The notes under the pieces were generated by a model that saw only the letters and a program-made list of their open reading frames with translations, did no database searches and was not told the origin of the DNA. This document shows, piece by piece, positions 27,901 through 39,695 of a stretch of DNA of 56,944 nucleotides. The DNA lies in NCBI GenBank assembly GCA_018398765.1, contig JAHBMJ010000103.1, forward strand, positions 1 to 56,944, read 5' to 3'. This stretch comes from Chromera velia. Taxonomy: Eukaryota. A program made the position numbers and the translations under genes. Numbering within the stretch: the first letter of the stretch is position 1; each line of letters starts with the position of its first letter.

Positions 27901-27952
27901 CTTTGGCAGGCTTTGACTCCTTCTTCACCTTCTTCGCTTCTTTGCTTGACAT
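21563..27952 (-). CDS. DDX21: DEAD-box RNA helicase of the DDX21/DDX50 (nucleolar RNA helicase 2) type with GUCT region and RGG tail; many exons; last exon spans the gap
   Basis: Q motif [98 protein letters not shown]. After the gap, [27 protein letters not shown] ends at 21563. Confidence 0.93.
21648..21785. other. Assembly gap (N run)
   Basis: Run of n. Confidence 1.
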
Positions 27953-28174
27953 GATGACAACGGGCAAAAAGGTCAGACACTTCACTCACGAACAACTGAG
28001 ACAGTCAATCAGGTATGGAAACCGTCACAGACAAAGAGGAAATGCAGTCTTTTCTTTTCCGTTCCAACCAAGACTCCAGTTGGACAGCTTCAATGGGGTG
28101 TGCGTGGAACTTCCTTGGTGGAGAAGTCAACATCGAACACAGAACAGAAGGCTGGAATCGGCTGGGTGCAGCGG

Positions 28175-28320
28175 GAACACGCGGCGGCGGGCCCGGGCAT
28201 GCCGGAGCTGCACACACGATGCCACCCCACAGCCGGGGCCCCAACCATGGATGCGGCCCCCATGCATGCGGCCAAATTCCAAATTTCTGGGCCATGCAAA
28301 ATTCTGGCTCCCCAGTAGCA
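28175..28320. promoter_or_regulatory. Candidate bidirectional promoter (GC-rich with GCATGC/CATGCATG motifs)
   Basis: Between divergent starts 27952(-) and 28547(+); same motif style as at 13830, 34100-34620 and 55800. Confidence 0.4.
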
Positions 28321-28546
28321 GTCGCTAGATGAAGCTAGCTAGAGGAATGGAAATGATGGATCCCCACACAAGACCGATTGTGTGAAGAAAACTGTGCGGA
28401 CCACCAGCAGTATTTCTTGATTCCGATTATTGTCGGGGTCTCAAGGATCTGGTCTTTTTTTTTGCTGGTTTTGGCGTCTCCTTTTCCCGTCTCGTCTCCT
28501 TAATTCCCTTCCTCCCGCTGCTCCCGTGTCCTCGCATCGTAGAAAG

Positions 28547-30450
28547 ATGAGACTCTTATCCCTGTTTGTTCCAATTGCTACTGTTCTAATTGGGTCATGT
28601 GCGAGCGTTCAAGAAGCGGCTTTGGTGGTTGAGACACCGAACTGTTTTTTTCTCGACTTCTCCTGCATCTCTGGAAAAATCGCAGAGAAAGGGGAGCAGC
28701 TGATCGACCATGCCAAGGAAGCATTCCTTCAGGCAATGGATGAAATATTCGATAAGCAGATCAAACCCCTTGTGTACGACTTGAAAGCTGCAATCGACAG
28801 AGCTGAAGACAAACTTGACGAAATTGTACAGAAGGCAATCGCCTCCTTTGCAGAGAAGGTCACTCATATCATCGATGTGGCTGCTGACCGAGCTGAACAC
28901 CTCGTTGACCACACCATTGAAGAGATCAAGAGCGAAATTCTCACCTACACCTTCGATCGTCTGGAGGAATTGGAGGACAAAACGATGCACGGCATCATGG
29001 GACTGCTTGACGAGGTCGCCCGCATTCTCCAGAAGGCCTCGTGCTACGAGCAGGCAATCATTGAGAGGATCGAGCAGGACCTCAAGAAGAACCTCTCGCC
29101 CTGGCCTGTGCCTTGGGACCATTGCCGCATTCAGATCTCAAAAATGTTTCCGGGACACGACCTGCAGGTCAGTGAGACGTGCTGTCAGGATTGGGTGTGT
29201 GGGAGGAAACGTCCTTCAAGTATATGTTTTCGCGTAGCCTGCCTTCACGGTCACGTCATTAATGTCTTTTTATGTTGTCTTCTTCTCTTGCGCAACTCTT
29301 GCCGCAGTGGAATGAAACGACCTTTTTTGGTGTTCTCCATGGCTCCGTGCTCCTCTTCTCCACACGTTCATTTAATTACAGAAAAATCTGTCGGGTTTAT
29401 TTTTCATTTCTTCTGCATTTCACGCAAAACTTTTCTCCCGCCCTCTCTGCACACGTACTGCAGTGGAAGCCTCTGAGTGCGTACGGAAATGACGAGCTGT
29501 ACGAGTTGAGGAAGTGCAAAGTGATGCAGCACATGCAGGAGACCACCCCTGTCCGGTCGGTTGCTCTCGCCCTGAGGGAGTGGGAAGAGCTCGCATGCAA
29601 CATGCGCTGTCTGTGCGCCTCCATCGGTGCAGTGACCTCCGAGAAGCATTACATAAAGGAAATGGGACACGTGCAGCAACTCTTAGAAGCGCTGCCCCCC
29701 GTGCTTGACTCCGAAGCATCTCCTCCCTCCCCTTCCCCTGAAGCAGAAGAGCAGACAGATCATGACACTCAGACTGCCCCGCTGTCCTCCATGGAAGGGC
29801 ACCTCCGCAAAGCCCTCCCCCCCCCACGTCATGATGACAGAGCACCCCCCTCCCCTGATGAAGATTGCGGCACCCCCGTTGAGTGTTACCTCCAGGCCAA
29901 ACACATGGCAGATGACGCACGCCGTCTCTACATGGACGCAGTCGCGCAGTTTGCGGACAAGAACGCGACCACCCAAGAGATTGCTGATTTGAAAAAGGCC
30001 CAATCCGATCTTGCTCAGGAAACAAAGAACAAAACAGCCGAGGCACTTGCGAAGGTTGAGACTGCCGCTCCCGGTGGGAGCATCAGTGTGTCGCCCTTCT
30101 TTGCCAAGAAGTGCCCACCCGGGTGGCTCCCTGCTGACGGCACGGAGGGGCGACCCGATCTCAGGGGTGTTTTCATCCGTGGGTTGATGGACTTCGGTAC
30201 TGGCGTCAGGGGTGACCAGCTAGGTGACCCTGACATCTTCCGTGCTCTCGGATCCCATCAGATAGACGGACTGGCCGCCCACACCCACACATATGAGGTC
30301 GGGAATGCGGTACAGGGCCACTCTGCGAAGACGGTGGGGGGGGAGTTCTGGAGTCCCTATGGTGCCTTCCCCACGAGGTCTACTTCCAGTGTCGGCATAG
30401 AGGAGACCCGTCCTCGGAATGTGGCCATGATTTTCTGCGTCAGAGCGTAG
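28547..30450 (+). CDS. Secreted protein (535 aa): signal peptide, amphipathic helical/Cys-containing region, C-terminal phage tail collar/tail-fibre-like domain; exons 28547-29167, 29464-30450
   Basis: Signal peptide MRLLSLFVPIATVLIGSCAS; phase-0 GT-AG intron. C-terminus CPPGWLPADG..PDLRGVFIRG..DPD..RALGSHQ.D...HTH...ETRPRNVAMIFCVRA matches the phage tail collar/MdpB-like pattern. Confidence 0.85.
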
Positions 30451-31559
30451 ACGTTCAGGGGGGGGGGCGCCGTTGAAAGTTTCGACACACACAAAGAGTT
30501 GAAGGGAATTAAAGGAAGCTAGAGCGAGATAAAGAGGGAAAAAATATTCTTCTGCCCCACCCTTCTTCTCCCCTCCTCTGCTTCTTTCTTGGTTCAGACT
30601 CGCAACAGAACGAGTTCTTAGAGAGTAAAGATGTCTCTCTCTCTTTGATGAGAAAAAAGAGTTCGAACATCATCAATTTGATTCATTTGTCTGTGTTTTC
30701 TCTGCTAACCGACGGAAGAAGGAGAGAGAAGAAAAAAGCCGGGGGCAAGGGGAGGAAAGAAGCCCATCCTTCCGACAGAAAAGAAGACCAAAAGAAAGAT
30801 TGTGGGAAACCCTCGGGGGGTCATTTTGAAGCAAGGCGTGCATGCATGGTTTCTTCCTTAATTCTCTTTGTTCATTCGCCTTTTCGCACGACTAGCCTTT
30901 TTTGAAGCCCAAAGCTCTTCAGCTCTCCAGAGAGTGAGCGCTCATTTGCCCGAGATGGATCTATTTCTTTCGGTGTTTCCGGCCATCTGTAAATTAGACT
31001 CTGTGTGCGTGCGTGCGTCTGCATCAGGGAGGGCTTGCTTCTGTGTGCACATCCCTGACAACGGCCTCTGTGTACGTGTATTTCTGTATATGTGTAAAAG
31101 AGATAAGGCGAGGTTCGAATGCTTTCCGATCTCTATGCATCCCTTTTTCTGCATACGTTCACAGTCTTCTCTCAGTTCGCGCGTGTGCGTCTGGAACCAC
31201 CTTGCCTGAACATGAAGACACACCGTTGGATTAAAATGAGACATGCAAGGGGCAGAAACAACAAAAACAAGATCGTTCGCCCACATGTTCGTGTGTCTGT
31301 AGCTGTGTCTATTTGTCTGTCTGTCTGTCTGTCAGGCTTCAAATGCCCGCTTGCTTCGTTTGCGCCGCCGGAGAAAGCTTTGAGAGAGGTTTTGACAAAG
31401 TATCTTACATAATCTTTTCGAGCAAGCTCTCGCGAGTCTCGCCTCATCATTGCAGAGTGGACTGGCTTCGCAGCTAGGATTGACTGACTGTTTCTCTCCG
31501 CCTGCACTGAGTCTGCAGCCGTGAGTGTGTTTTTGGCTCAGACAGACGTACGTCTGGTG

Positions 31560-32520
31560 TATATTTCAGTCTGAACGAAGAGTCCTCGTGAGAAAGCTTC
31601 ATACGTAAGTATCCATGGCTATCGTAGCCTATCGAAAAATATCGATCGTATCGATGTCGAATATCGATATTGAATATTGATTGGGCAGTTTCCTTTTAAG
31701 AAATATCGAGTGTTTCTGTTAGTTACGCATATAGAACACTCAATACTAGGCTCGGATTCAATATATATTATATTTCAGGTAAAACGCTAATATAATATAA
31801 TGTAATATAAACTTAATGTAATATGGGAGGATGAAGATCAAGTTGAAGACCAGGGATGAGTCAGAGAATGGAGATCCGTCCTGCAAAATCTAATGAGGAC
31901 GCGTCTCTTTGGTTGATGCATTTCAAAACGGTTTTTAAAAAGCATTTAGAGGCAAGTTGCTCTTTTCAGATGAATTAAGAAGGGAAAAAAGATAAGCACG
32001 GGCCTAGACACAGGCGGATTTATATAGATATTATATCATATTATATTATATTTATATTATTATGTTAGGAGAACCCTAAAGATATATATATGTATACATT
32101 GAATCCAAGTCTAGACTCAATAAATTTGATGTTTAACAATTTTTTTCTATAAAATTTTTCTAGAAATTTTTAGTATCAAAAAATCCTACAGAACAAACTT
32201 AACAACTAAGAATTCAGCTAGGAATCCAGAAGAGATACGATACGATTTCTGCCAGTTTTCTAGATACTGAATCGTACATTATCGATCGATTGATCGATAT
32301 TCAAAATTCAAAGTTCATACAATGGCTATCTCTATTTAAAAGTGCAAACGATAAGTTTGATCACTATTGCCCGAAAACTAGGAAAAAACTAACCTAAATT
32401 AAAAACACATTTAAATATAAATTTAGTGGGTTCTTCGTATGCAATGAATTCCTTACAAGTTTTCATGCTTTCAAGATAAGTGTTTACCGTTTACGTCTCG
32501 AATGCTAGGTGCAATGATTT
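31560..32520. other. AT-rich island containing a MITE-like element and ATCGAT-rich flanks
   Basis: Composition shift; no ORFs. Confidence 0.7.
31749..32111. mobile_element. MITE-like element A (363 bp), TA-flanked terminal inverted repeats
   Basis: Left end TA|ggctcggattcaatatata; right end reverse-complemented TA|gacttggattcaatgtata. Mismatches are transitions. Confidence 0.6.
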
Positions 32521-33304
32521 GAGAAGTGTATTTAATTAAGTGTATTCCCGGGAAATGTATGTTAACCACGCTCTCTATCGACACGCTCTTGACCCCAGCT
32601 ATCCCTCCCGTCAAGAACCGGCTTCTTGCCTCCCTTCAACATGATAAATGCACGAGGGTCATTTGTGAAAACCTCAGCTGCCTGAAGAGGAAGCAGACAG
32701 ATGTAGAACTAGATGTAGAACTTGAAGAATCAAGCAAATTGAATACTTCCCGCAAATTCCCGAAAGAAATGCTTTGCTTACGAAGTGGGCATGCAGATGT
32801 GACCGCCCTTCCAGCAGAACGGCAAGAAAATTTCATGCACTCTCTACAGTTTGGTGTCGCCTCCAGAAAGTCGGACTGGAATCCAGCAGCGCCTGGACAC
32901 CTGGCTCCCTCGTCTCGGCTTCGTGGAGAGTCTGCCCAACTGACAGGGTTCTGAAGTCCCATTTACGAAAAAAATATGAATTTTCGGCCGCTCTCTCTTT
33001 TTTGACTGTGTCTCACACCTCTCCTGACTTTCACCAGAGAGGGGAAACGGAGAAGGAAACATACCCCCCCCCCTCACTCTCAAGTCTTCTCTCAAGAGAT
33101 TGATCACCGAGCATGCATACTGGAAGACATGCAGGCAAGAAAACCATCACGCAGTTAACAGGAAAGGCGGAGGAAACCCAGAGAGGAAGATGGAAGTAGC
33201 CAGCTTGTCGAGCAAGCCAACCAGATCCGACCCCTCAGAAACCCTGGCATGCATTTCGATGCAGGTCAGTCACTTCGAGCTAGTTGCAGAGTCTTTGCGC
33301 CGAC

Positions 33305-33805
33305 TCAGGCGTCAGTCTTGCGTTCCACCATGAAGTAAATGCCCTTGTCTCCGATGTTCTTGTTCTTGTCTTGGCCCCAGTCGTACTGCGTGCAGTCGGT
33401 GTGGAACCAGCGGGACTTGGTTTGTCCGGCAACGGTGTAGTTTCTCTTCTCTGCGTTGTTGCAAATCTTAACGCGGGCGTTTCCAGTGCACTTGAAGGAA
33501 GAAATGGGCTCGTCGCAAGCCGAGACATTCACCCAGTTGATGTTGGCGCAGAAGCTGCTGCTGCACCCTGTGTACTTGTTGTATCCACCGCACTTGTCGC
33601 CCTCGTCGGTTTTGTCGTCACTCATAGTCTGTGTCTTGGAAGCACCCTTCGCCAGACCGTCGACCACCGCGTAGTGTCCATGTCTCTTCTTGTTGGAGAA
33701 GACCACGCAGCCGTTGTTGATGGACACTGAGCCAGCAGAAGCTCCAGGGAAGAGGCTAAAGGCGAAGAGGCCCAAAGCAAGCATCGAAAGGTAAGGAGTT
33801 CTCAT
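33305..33805 (-). CDS. Small secreted Cys-rich protein (166 aa), possibly beta/gamma-crystallin-like fold
   Basis: Intronless ORF with coding-like composition; signal peptide MRTPYLSMLALGLFAFSLFPGASA; 8 Cys; DEPISSFKC..VKIC resembles a Greek-key motif. Confidence 0.8.
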   Translation of the reverse strand: MRTPYLSMLALGLFAFSLFPGASAGSVSINNGCVVFSNKKRHGHYAVVDGLAKGASKTQTMSDDKTDEGDKCGGYNKYTGCSSSFCANINWVNVSACDEPISSFKCTGNARVKICNNAEKRNYTVAGQTKSRWFHTDCTQYDWGQDKNKNIGDKGIYFMVERKTDA

Positions 33806-34089
33806 ATTGTTGCAGAGTGTTGCTTAAGAGAGTAGTATACGATCAAATCGAATGCAAATGCTGCTTTTCGGTTGGAAACCTGATCGTGCTGAGGAGCAGT
33901 GAAACCCGACAGAGACACGTACTTGGAAGTCCAGCTGGCACACAGAAAGTTTCTGTTGTTTAGCCTGCTGTTGCAGTCTTTTGCCATACAGCTGTATATA
34001 GGTTGCGGAACGTTGCGATCGCGAATCGATCGATCGATGCATGGACTGAAAATCGGATAATCGGATCAGCATATATATATCGAATTAAT

Positions 34090-34625
34090 TACGGGATACA
34101 CCCAACCAGTTGGGTGAGTGCCTCGGGGGGCTATTTAGGGGTCCGCTGATTGATGCACACCATCGGGGGCTTGTGCTGCCATGGGGCGGGGGCCACGGCA
34201 GCGAAGTATGCTTTTCGGGACCGCGCGCGCGTCGTATATGCATGTGCAACTCCGTGCGAGTTACTTGAGGGGCATGCATGCGCAAAGTAATTATAAGGCA
34301 TGTGCGATCGCGGCTCCGTGCGAGTTGCTTGAGGGGCACATTTTGGAACTCGGGCGACGACAGAGACAGAACCGATCCCCCCCCCCCCAAAAAATGAAAA
34401 AATGCGTTATGCGAGTGCGTGCGATCTCAGGGCCTCTCGGCTGATCTCAGCAGAGCTGAGCTGCCCCCCGAGGCGAAGCGGCCGTCTACCTCGATCTGTG
34501 CATGCGCGTGCGTCAAATTCTTCATTCGGATTTAATTTGTGCCCCGGCCTGCATGCATGCATGCGCGTGCATGTCTCCATGCATGGCAGTCCATGCAATT
34601 TCACGACGGTGACTCACTGCATGGA
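34090..34625. promoter_or_regulatory. GC-rich intergenic region dense in (T)GCATGC(A) motifs
   Basis: Many GCATGC/TGCATG copies, e.g. tgcatgcatgcatgc at about 34550; upstream of the 33805(-) gene. Confidence 0.4.
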
Positions 34626-35067
34626 CTCAGACTCGAGTCCGGTTGAGGGGCAGCCTAGCTGACAGACTTGCTGCACGTACGTGCGCCTTCTTCTGCTTTT
34701 CTGCACTCCTTAGAATTACACGGTCCGAATCATGCTCACCGAAAACATACAGCCTCGAACAGTTTGCTGCAATTTTTCTGGAATCATGCAGTAGAATATA
34801 TATAAGATTGACAAAATGGAACCGTCTCTTTTTTTATACATATATATGTCTTGTGGATTTGACTTTGATTTGGGTTATGCAGTTTTTCTCTCGGCTACCC
34901 GGATTTTACACTCCAGGGCTCCTCCTGATCTTGTTGTTTCACAAGCTTGCGTCTGCACAACCGGGAGAAAACCATTCCATTTTCGTGTCGCTGCCGGAAG
35001 CCAAAACTTTCTTCACCTTTAGAAGCAAAGTCTGACTCATTCCCGCTTCCCCGCCTGACTTCCAAGC

Positions 35068-36060
35068 ATGGTAAGAAGATTCTCTGTCAAAAAGACAGGG
35101 AAACGTTCAAGGGCAGCCTTCGCCTCTGATTCCAAGGCAAAACTCCAACTTGAAAGCCTCCGCTTACATATATATCCCTTCAATGCATGTCTCCTCATCT
35201 GCATGCATGCACTGGCGTCCACCGTCCCCACATGCAGTTGGACTGCAGATGCCGTAACGGGTTCTCTACCAAGAGCAGCGGCGACTCAAATCGAAGGCGG
35301 TTTGCTCGCCACAGCGCCAACTGCTGACTCTGTCCGACCAAGTCCGGCTTCCGCGTGACCTCAACCAGACGCTGCATCGGGGAACCGGGGTACGTGGCCC
35401 GTATCCCGATAGAGGAGGTCTGCAATTCGCAAGGGTGTAAGGAGAATCACCCGATGAACATGTACGTCCTACTAGCTAGAGATTGATGAGCCCATTTTTG
35501 CATCCTCATCTTGGTCTTTCGCCTCAGACTGTAAGCTCTCTTCCTTTTAGATTCTGTTGGTCTCCTCCATCATCTCCATCTCTTCTATCCAGCCGCGAGC
35601 GTCTCTTTTTTTGTCTTTCCGGTGCCCCTAACTTTCTTCGTCTCTTCCCCATCACTCGACTGACCTTTCTATGCCACGTGTAGCCCTACAGTCTGCGTGC
35701 AAACAGGCGGAGGGTCATTTCCTCGTCAACCGGCCGGGCCCGACCAGACGCCATCCGGGCTCTGTGCACTTCTTCACCCGCACCATTCCTCAACGGTGCG
35801 GCGACGAGTACAAATTTAAAAAAAGCACGGGTAGATTCACGGAGGGACAGAGCTAGACCAAAGAGCCAGTAAATGGACTCAGCGGTGGAGAGCCAGAGAA
35901 ACTTGAAGTCAATGTCGCACACAGAAGACATAAGTGCCCTCGGGTGAGAGGATGAGGAGTGGACCCGACTCCAACGTGTGTACCATGTGTGTGCCGTCCG
36001 GGAGCAGTGGATAGGTGTGGCTCTGAAAGATTTGAAAGAAGGCTTTCAATGCACCCTCAG
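35068..36060 (+). pseudogene. Possible degraded gene (exon-like segments interrupted by stops)
   Basis: Protein-like frames (LDCRCRNGF...RFARHSANC*LCP; EDEEWTRLQRVYHVCAVREQW) and a strong CAG|GTGAGT donor at 36060; no intact model. Confidence 0.25.
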
Positions 36061-36459
36061 GTGAGTGGGGAACTGGATGAAGAAGGGAAGAAGACCGGCA
36101 CGAGCTAGGTGTCGTGATCCCACTCTATTTTCCCTTCGATGCAGTCTCTCGCTCCCTCCGAGGGGTCAGCTCGGCCCTCCCTGCTTTCTTCCGCTTTGTA
36201 GATCCTGGAATGTCGTGTCAGACGGGATTGACAAAAGGAAGGCGCTAAAGGAAGTGGGTACCATACTGAGCCAGCAATGAGCCAGCAAAGCAAAAATCGG
36301 AACCGTGAATCGTTTGTTTACTAGTTTGCTTAGTGGGTTTCGGTGAGAACGGTTGGGCCGCCGGGGCCGGAAGAGATCACTCAAGTCGCTCAATGTATGC
36401 AACTCACTGTAAAGGCCAACCTTCAAAGAGTTTTTTTCGTTAGAAACAGGTCTGAAATA

Positions 36460-37800
36460 TGAATCAATATGAATCACAATTTTTCAGGTTGGTGCTACCT
36501 AGCTTGGTGGAAAAAGCTAAATTCTAGGCTAAATTTCCCTTATTATGGGCCTTATATAATCTTTTTTTTTTTCAGTGAAAAAACCAAAAACAAAATTTGA
36601 AGTACAGATGTAGTCAATTATATGTACAATCATGTAGACGATCGTCTAGTTTTTAAGCATAATTGAGAGTCACATGGTTAACCCCCAGGTCATGCCCCCC
36701 AAGAAATTAGGAATACCTAATTTTTAATTATCATTTATATCTAGTAGGCGTGGTTTCAATATATATATATATATATATATTTATATTATATCATTGGTCC
36801 CATGATATAAATATATAATATAAGTACATCGATCACTATTCAAATTCTAATGTTATCGACTCACCGTAATTATGCTCATATTACACTTACATAATCGAAG
36901 CTGTGGCTAAGCATTTTCACTAGCAATTGCGACGTCTTTAGCATTTCAAGTTTCATCGATCCACAATCATGATCATTATCTAGCGCTCAGTAGTTCTTCT
37001 TTGCTCTGTTGAATGGCTCTATCTAGGGCTCTATTAGTCTCTCTAGATGACTTGTTTTTTCATTTAATATATGAGACTGAATTCGCTGTATATATCATGC
37101 ACTATCATACACCCTAGATGCACCTTAGATATATGAAACAACATTAAGTGAAATTATTTATATATATTTATATATATAAATATTATATCTCCAGAGTTGA
37201 GAAACTATAATATATATCGAAACCACACCTAGATTTATATAGTGTGTCCCCCAAAATTTAAGAAAAAAAGTTTATAATACGAGTAGCTTTTAACTAAACG
37301 GTCTTGATTTAGCTTGCATGTATATAAAAATTCAAGTGCTAACTTTATAATACTTTGCCCAAGTGGTATACTCACCGGCTTTATCTTTCATTCATTAATT
37401 CATTGTTAATTTCTATAAATTCCTATAGCTTAATTTGTATTTGATCTAGTATTTGACTCATTAATATGGGAACGTCCAATTTCAGAAATTCCGTGGGCAT
37501 TAAAATTCGGGAGTCCCGATTTTTTTGCCAAATTCGATGCTAAATAATGGCTCAAATGATATAGAGTTACTATAAAAAGGTATAATCGTATCTGATAGAA
37601 CTTGACAAACTTCTATCACTTTTTTATTGGGATTCCCAGAACATAAAATCCTATCGTATATTCGTAGAGCCTATACTAATATAATATTACTTTTCTAACA
37701 ACTTTTCTATAAATTCTATTATCCTATGTGATTTTTCTAACGTTTTCTGCCAGCAGTGCTACATATACAATCAGAAGAAAGAGTTATATCTTATGCAGTT
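36460..37800. other. AT/TpA-rich island containing a MITE-like element
   Basis: Composition shift; no ORFs. Confidence 0.7.
36747..37229. mobile_element. MITE-like element B (483 bp), TA-flanked terminal inverted repeats
   Basis: Left end TA|ggcgtggtttcaatatata; right end reverse-complemented TA|ggtgtggtttcgatatata. Both mismatches are transitions at CpG. Confidence 0.65.
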
Positions 37801-38588
37801 AATATTATTTGCTAGATCATTTATCATTTATGGGGCCCGGGGCAGAAAAGTCTTTGAATTAAGACGAAGAAACGCTGCAACAAACGATTTCATTCATGAG
37901 TTAATTTGCATGAAGACAGTATCACGAATGACGCGAAGTTCGGCGTTTTCTGGCACTGACCTCGGATCTCATAATCGATGCAGTCAAACGCATGGACGTT
38001 TCTCTTTGTCACGTGATTCACATGATCATTCCGTTATTCGTTTACTCTGACACTTCCACTCATTCAATCATTCTCGGACGATTCTCCCACTCAGTCTTTC
38101 TTCTTTTAATTCACTCAACGAATACTAATGAATTATTCCAAGACCATTGATCTCAATGATTTGGATGCAAATCTGGACTGTACTCCTTCACAACAAACAG
38201 CCTGAACAGACCTGCTCTCTATCTGCCTTTCTGGTCGACTCCCATCTGCCCACAACATCTACCTGTCTGCCTCGTGCTTTCTCCCCAGTAACAAATTTCA
38301 CTTGCTTTTCTTCCTCCAGTTCAAATTCCCCTCTTTCATTTTTCTTGTCAGCCGTGCCTGTCTCCTTTTGTACGTACGCCTCGAACTTGATTTTCTCACT
38401 GTCCTTCCTTCCTTCCTTCCTTCCTTCCTTCCTTTCAGTAACAGACCAGTCTCTCTCTTCCCTCACCCTCTTCGCATCAACTCGCAGCAATTCTACGAGC
38501 CAAGAAAAGAAAGCTCAAGAGGAATTGTCCCGATCTCACACACATACGCGGACACACAGAAAAACACCCCATGCACATGCATGTACAC

Positions 38589-39695
38589 TCATTGTGTGAG
38601 ACAACAACACACATCTGCTCCTTGCATCCCCCCTCCTCCTCCACCCCCTCCACCCCCACCCCCACCAGCACCCACGGGAAAGGGGTTACCTGCACTAGAC
38701 ACAGACGACACCATATGCGTCAAACGGGATCCTTCCGGGGCCCGTAGTACCACCTGACACTCCTGTACAAATCCAATCTTTTCATAAAACTCCGTTTTGT
38801 CCTCCGCAAACAAACTGACAAGTTCAACATCCTCACGCTCAAGCTCAGCGCGTGCAAGCGCCACGACTGCCTGCCCCCCAATTCCCTTCCGTCTCCTTTC
38901 ACTCGGTGTGAAGACGGGGGCTATTCTCGAAACTCCCGCAACTCGAGATGCAATTCCTACCATGCAGGCAGGCGGCTCTCCATACAGAAACACCCTGTCC
39001 CCCTTGCGTAATCGAAATCTCGCCTGATTCTCGTTTGGAAGCATGTGGCACTCCCTCGCAAAAGCAGACCACCACTTGAGCACGAGGTCCAAATCTGCAG
39101 AAGGATCTGCAGGACGCAAAGCCCACTCAGGGGGGGCCTGGCCTGTCTCGGCCAGGGTGCTATGGTGTGTTTTGCCCTCCTCTCTTCGGCGCTGTTCACA
39201 AACATTTGCAAGTTCGGGGTTGAACCTCATCACGCTCATTGAACGCGTAGTAACGAACCCTTGACGGTTTCCTGCCGCGTATATCCTTTCAAAGGCAGCA
39301 CAACATTCCTGGGGCCCTTGAAGCCGCAGCATCCCCTTCCTGAACTTGCGGTTTCTCGTGCTTGCCTCGATCTCGAGGTGTCGCATGTGGAGGGCTATAC
39401 TTGCTGCTGCAGCGGGAGTGGTCCCACTGGCAACCAGGAGGTCGTGGTGCGCCTGCGGAGAGAAGATTGCCGCGCCCTCCACGTTCTCTTCCGTCTCCTC
39501 TTGACCCCTGAAGACGGCAATGGAGATGAAGGAGTCAGTGTCCCTCCGTGAGCTTTCAGCTTCCTCAACCACCAACCCAATCACCAGAGCGTTACTGGCA
39601 GGATGTCCCAGGAGAAATCTGGTAGACAAGCGCAGGAACTCCGCAAGGTTCGGGATCTCAACCGCCCGACAAGAGACCTCGGATGTGACAGACAT
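38589..39695 (-). CDS. GNAT-family N-acetyltransferase (bacterial-like); 3' end uncertain, probable donor at 38690
   Basis: RIAPVFTPSERRRKGIG acetyl-CoA-binding motif A, LVSLFAE and FYEKIGF motif B, in one long exon. Confidence 0.85.
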   Translation of the reverse strand: MSVTSEVSCRAVEIPNLAEFLRLSTRFLLGHPASNALVIGLVVEEAESSRRDTDSFISIAVFRGQEETEENVEGAAIFSPQAHHDLLVASGTTPAAAASIALHMRHLEIEASTRNRKFRKGMLRLQGPQECCAAFERIYAAGNRQGFVTTRSMSVMRFNPELANVCEQRRREEGKTHHSTLAETGQAPPEWALRPADPSADLDLVLKWWSAFARECHMLPNENQARFRLRKGDRVFLYGEPPACMVGIASRVAGVSRIAPVFTPSERRRKGIGGQAVVALARAELEREDVELVSLFAEDKTEFYEKIGFVQECQVVLRAPEGSRLTHMVSSVSSAGNPFPVGAGGGGGGGGGGGGGMQGADVCCCLTQ

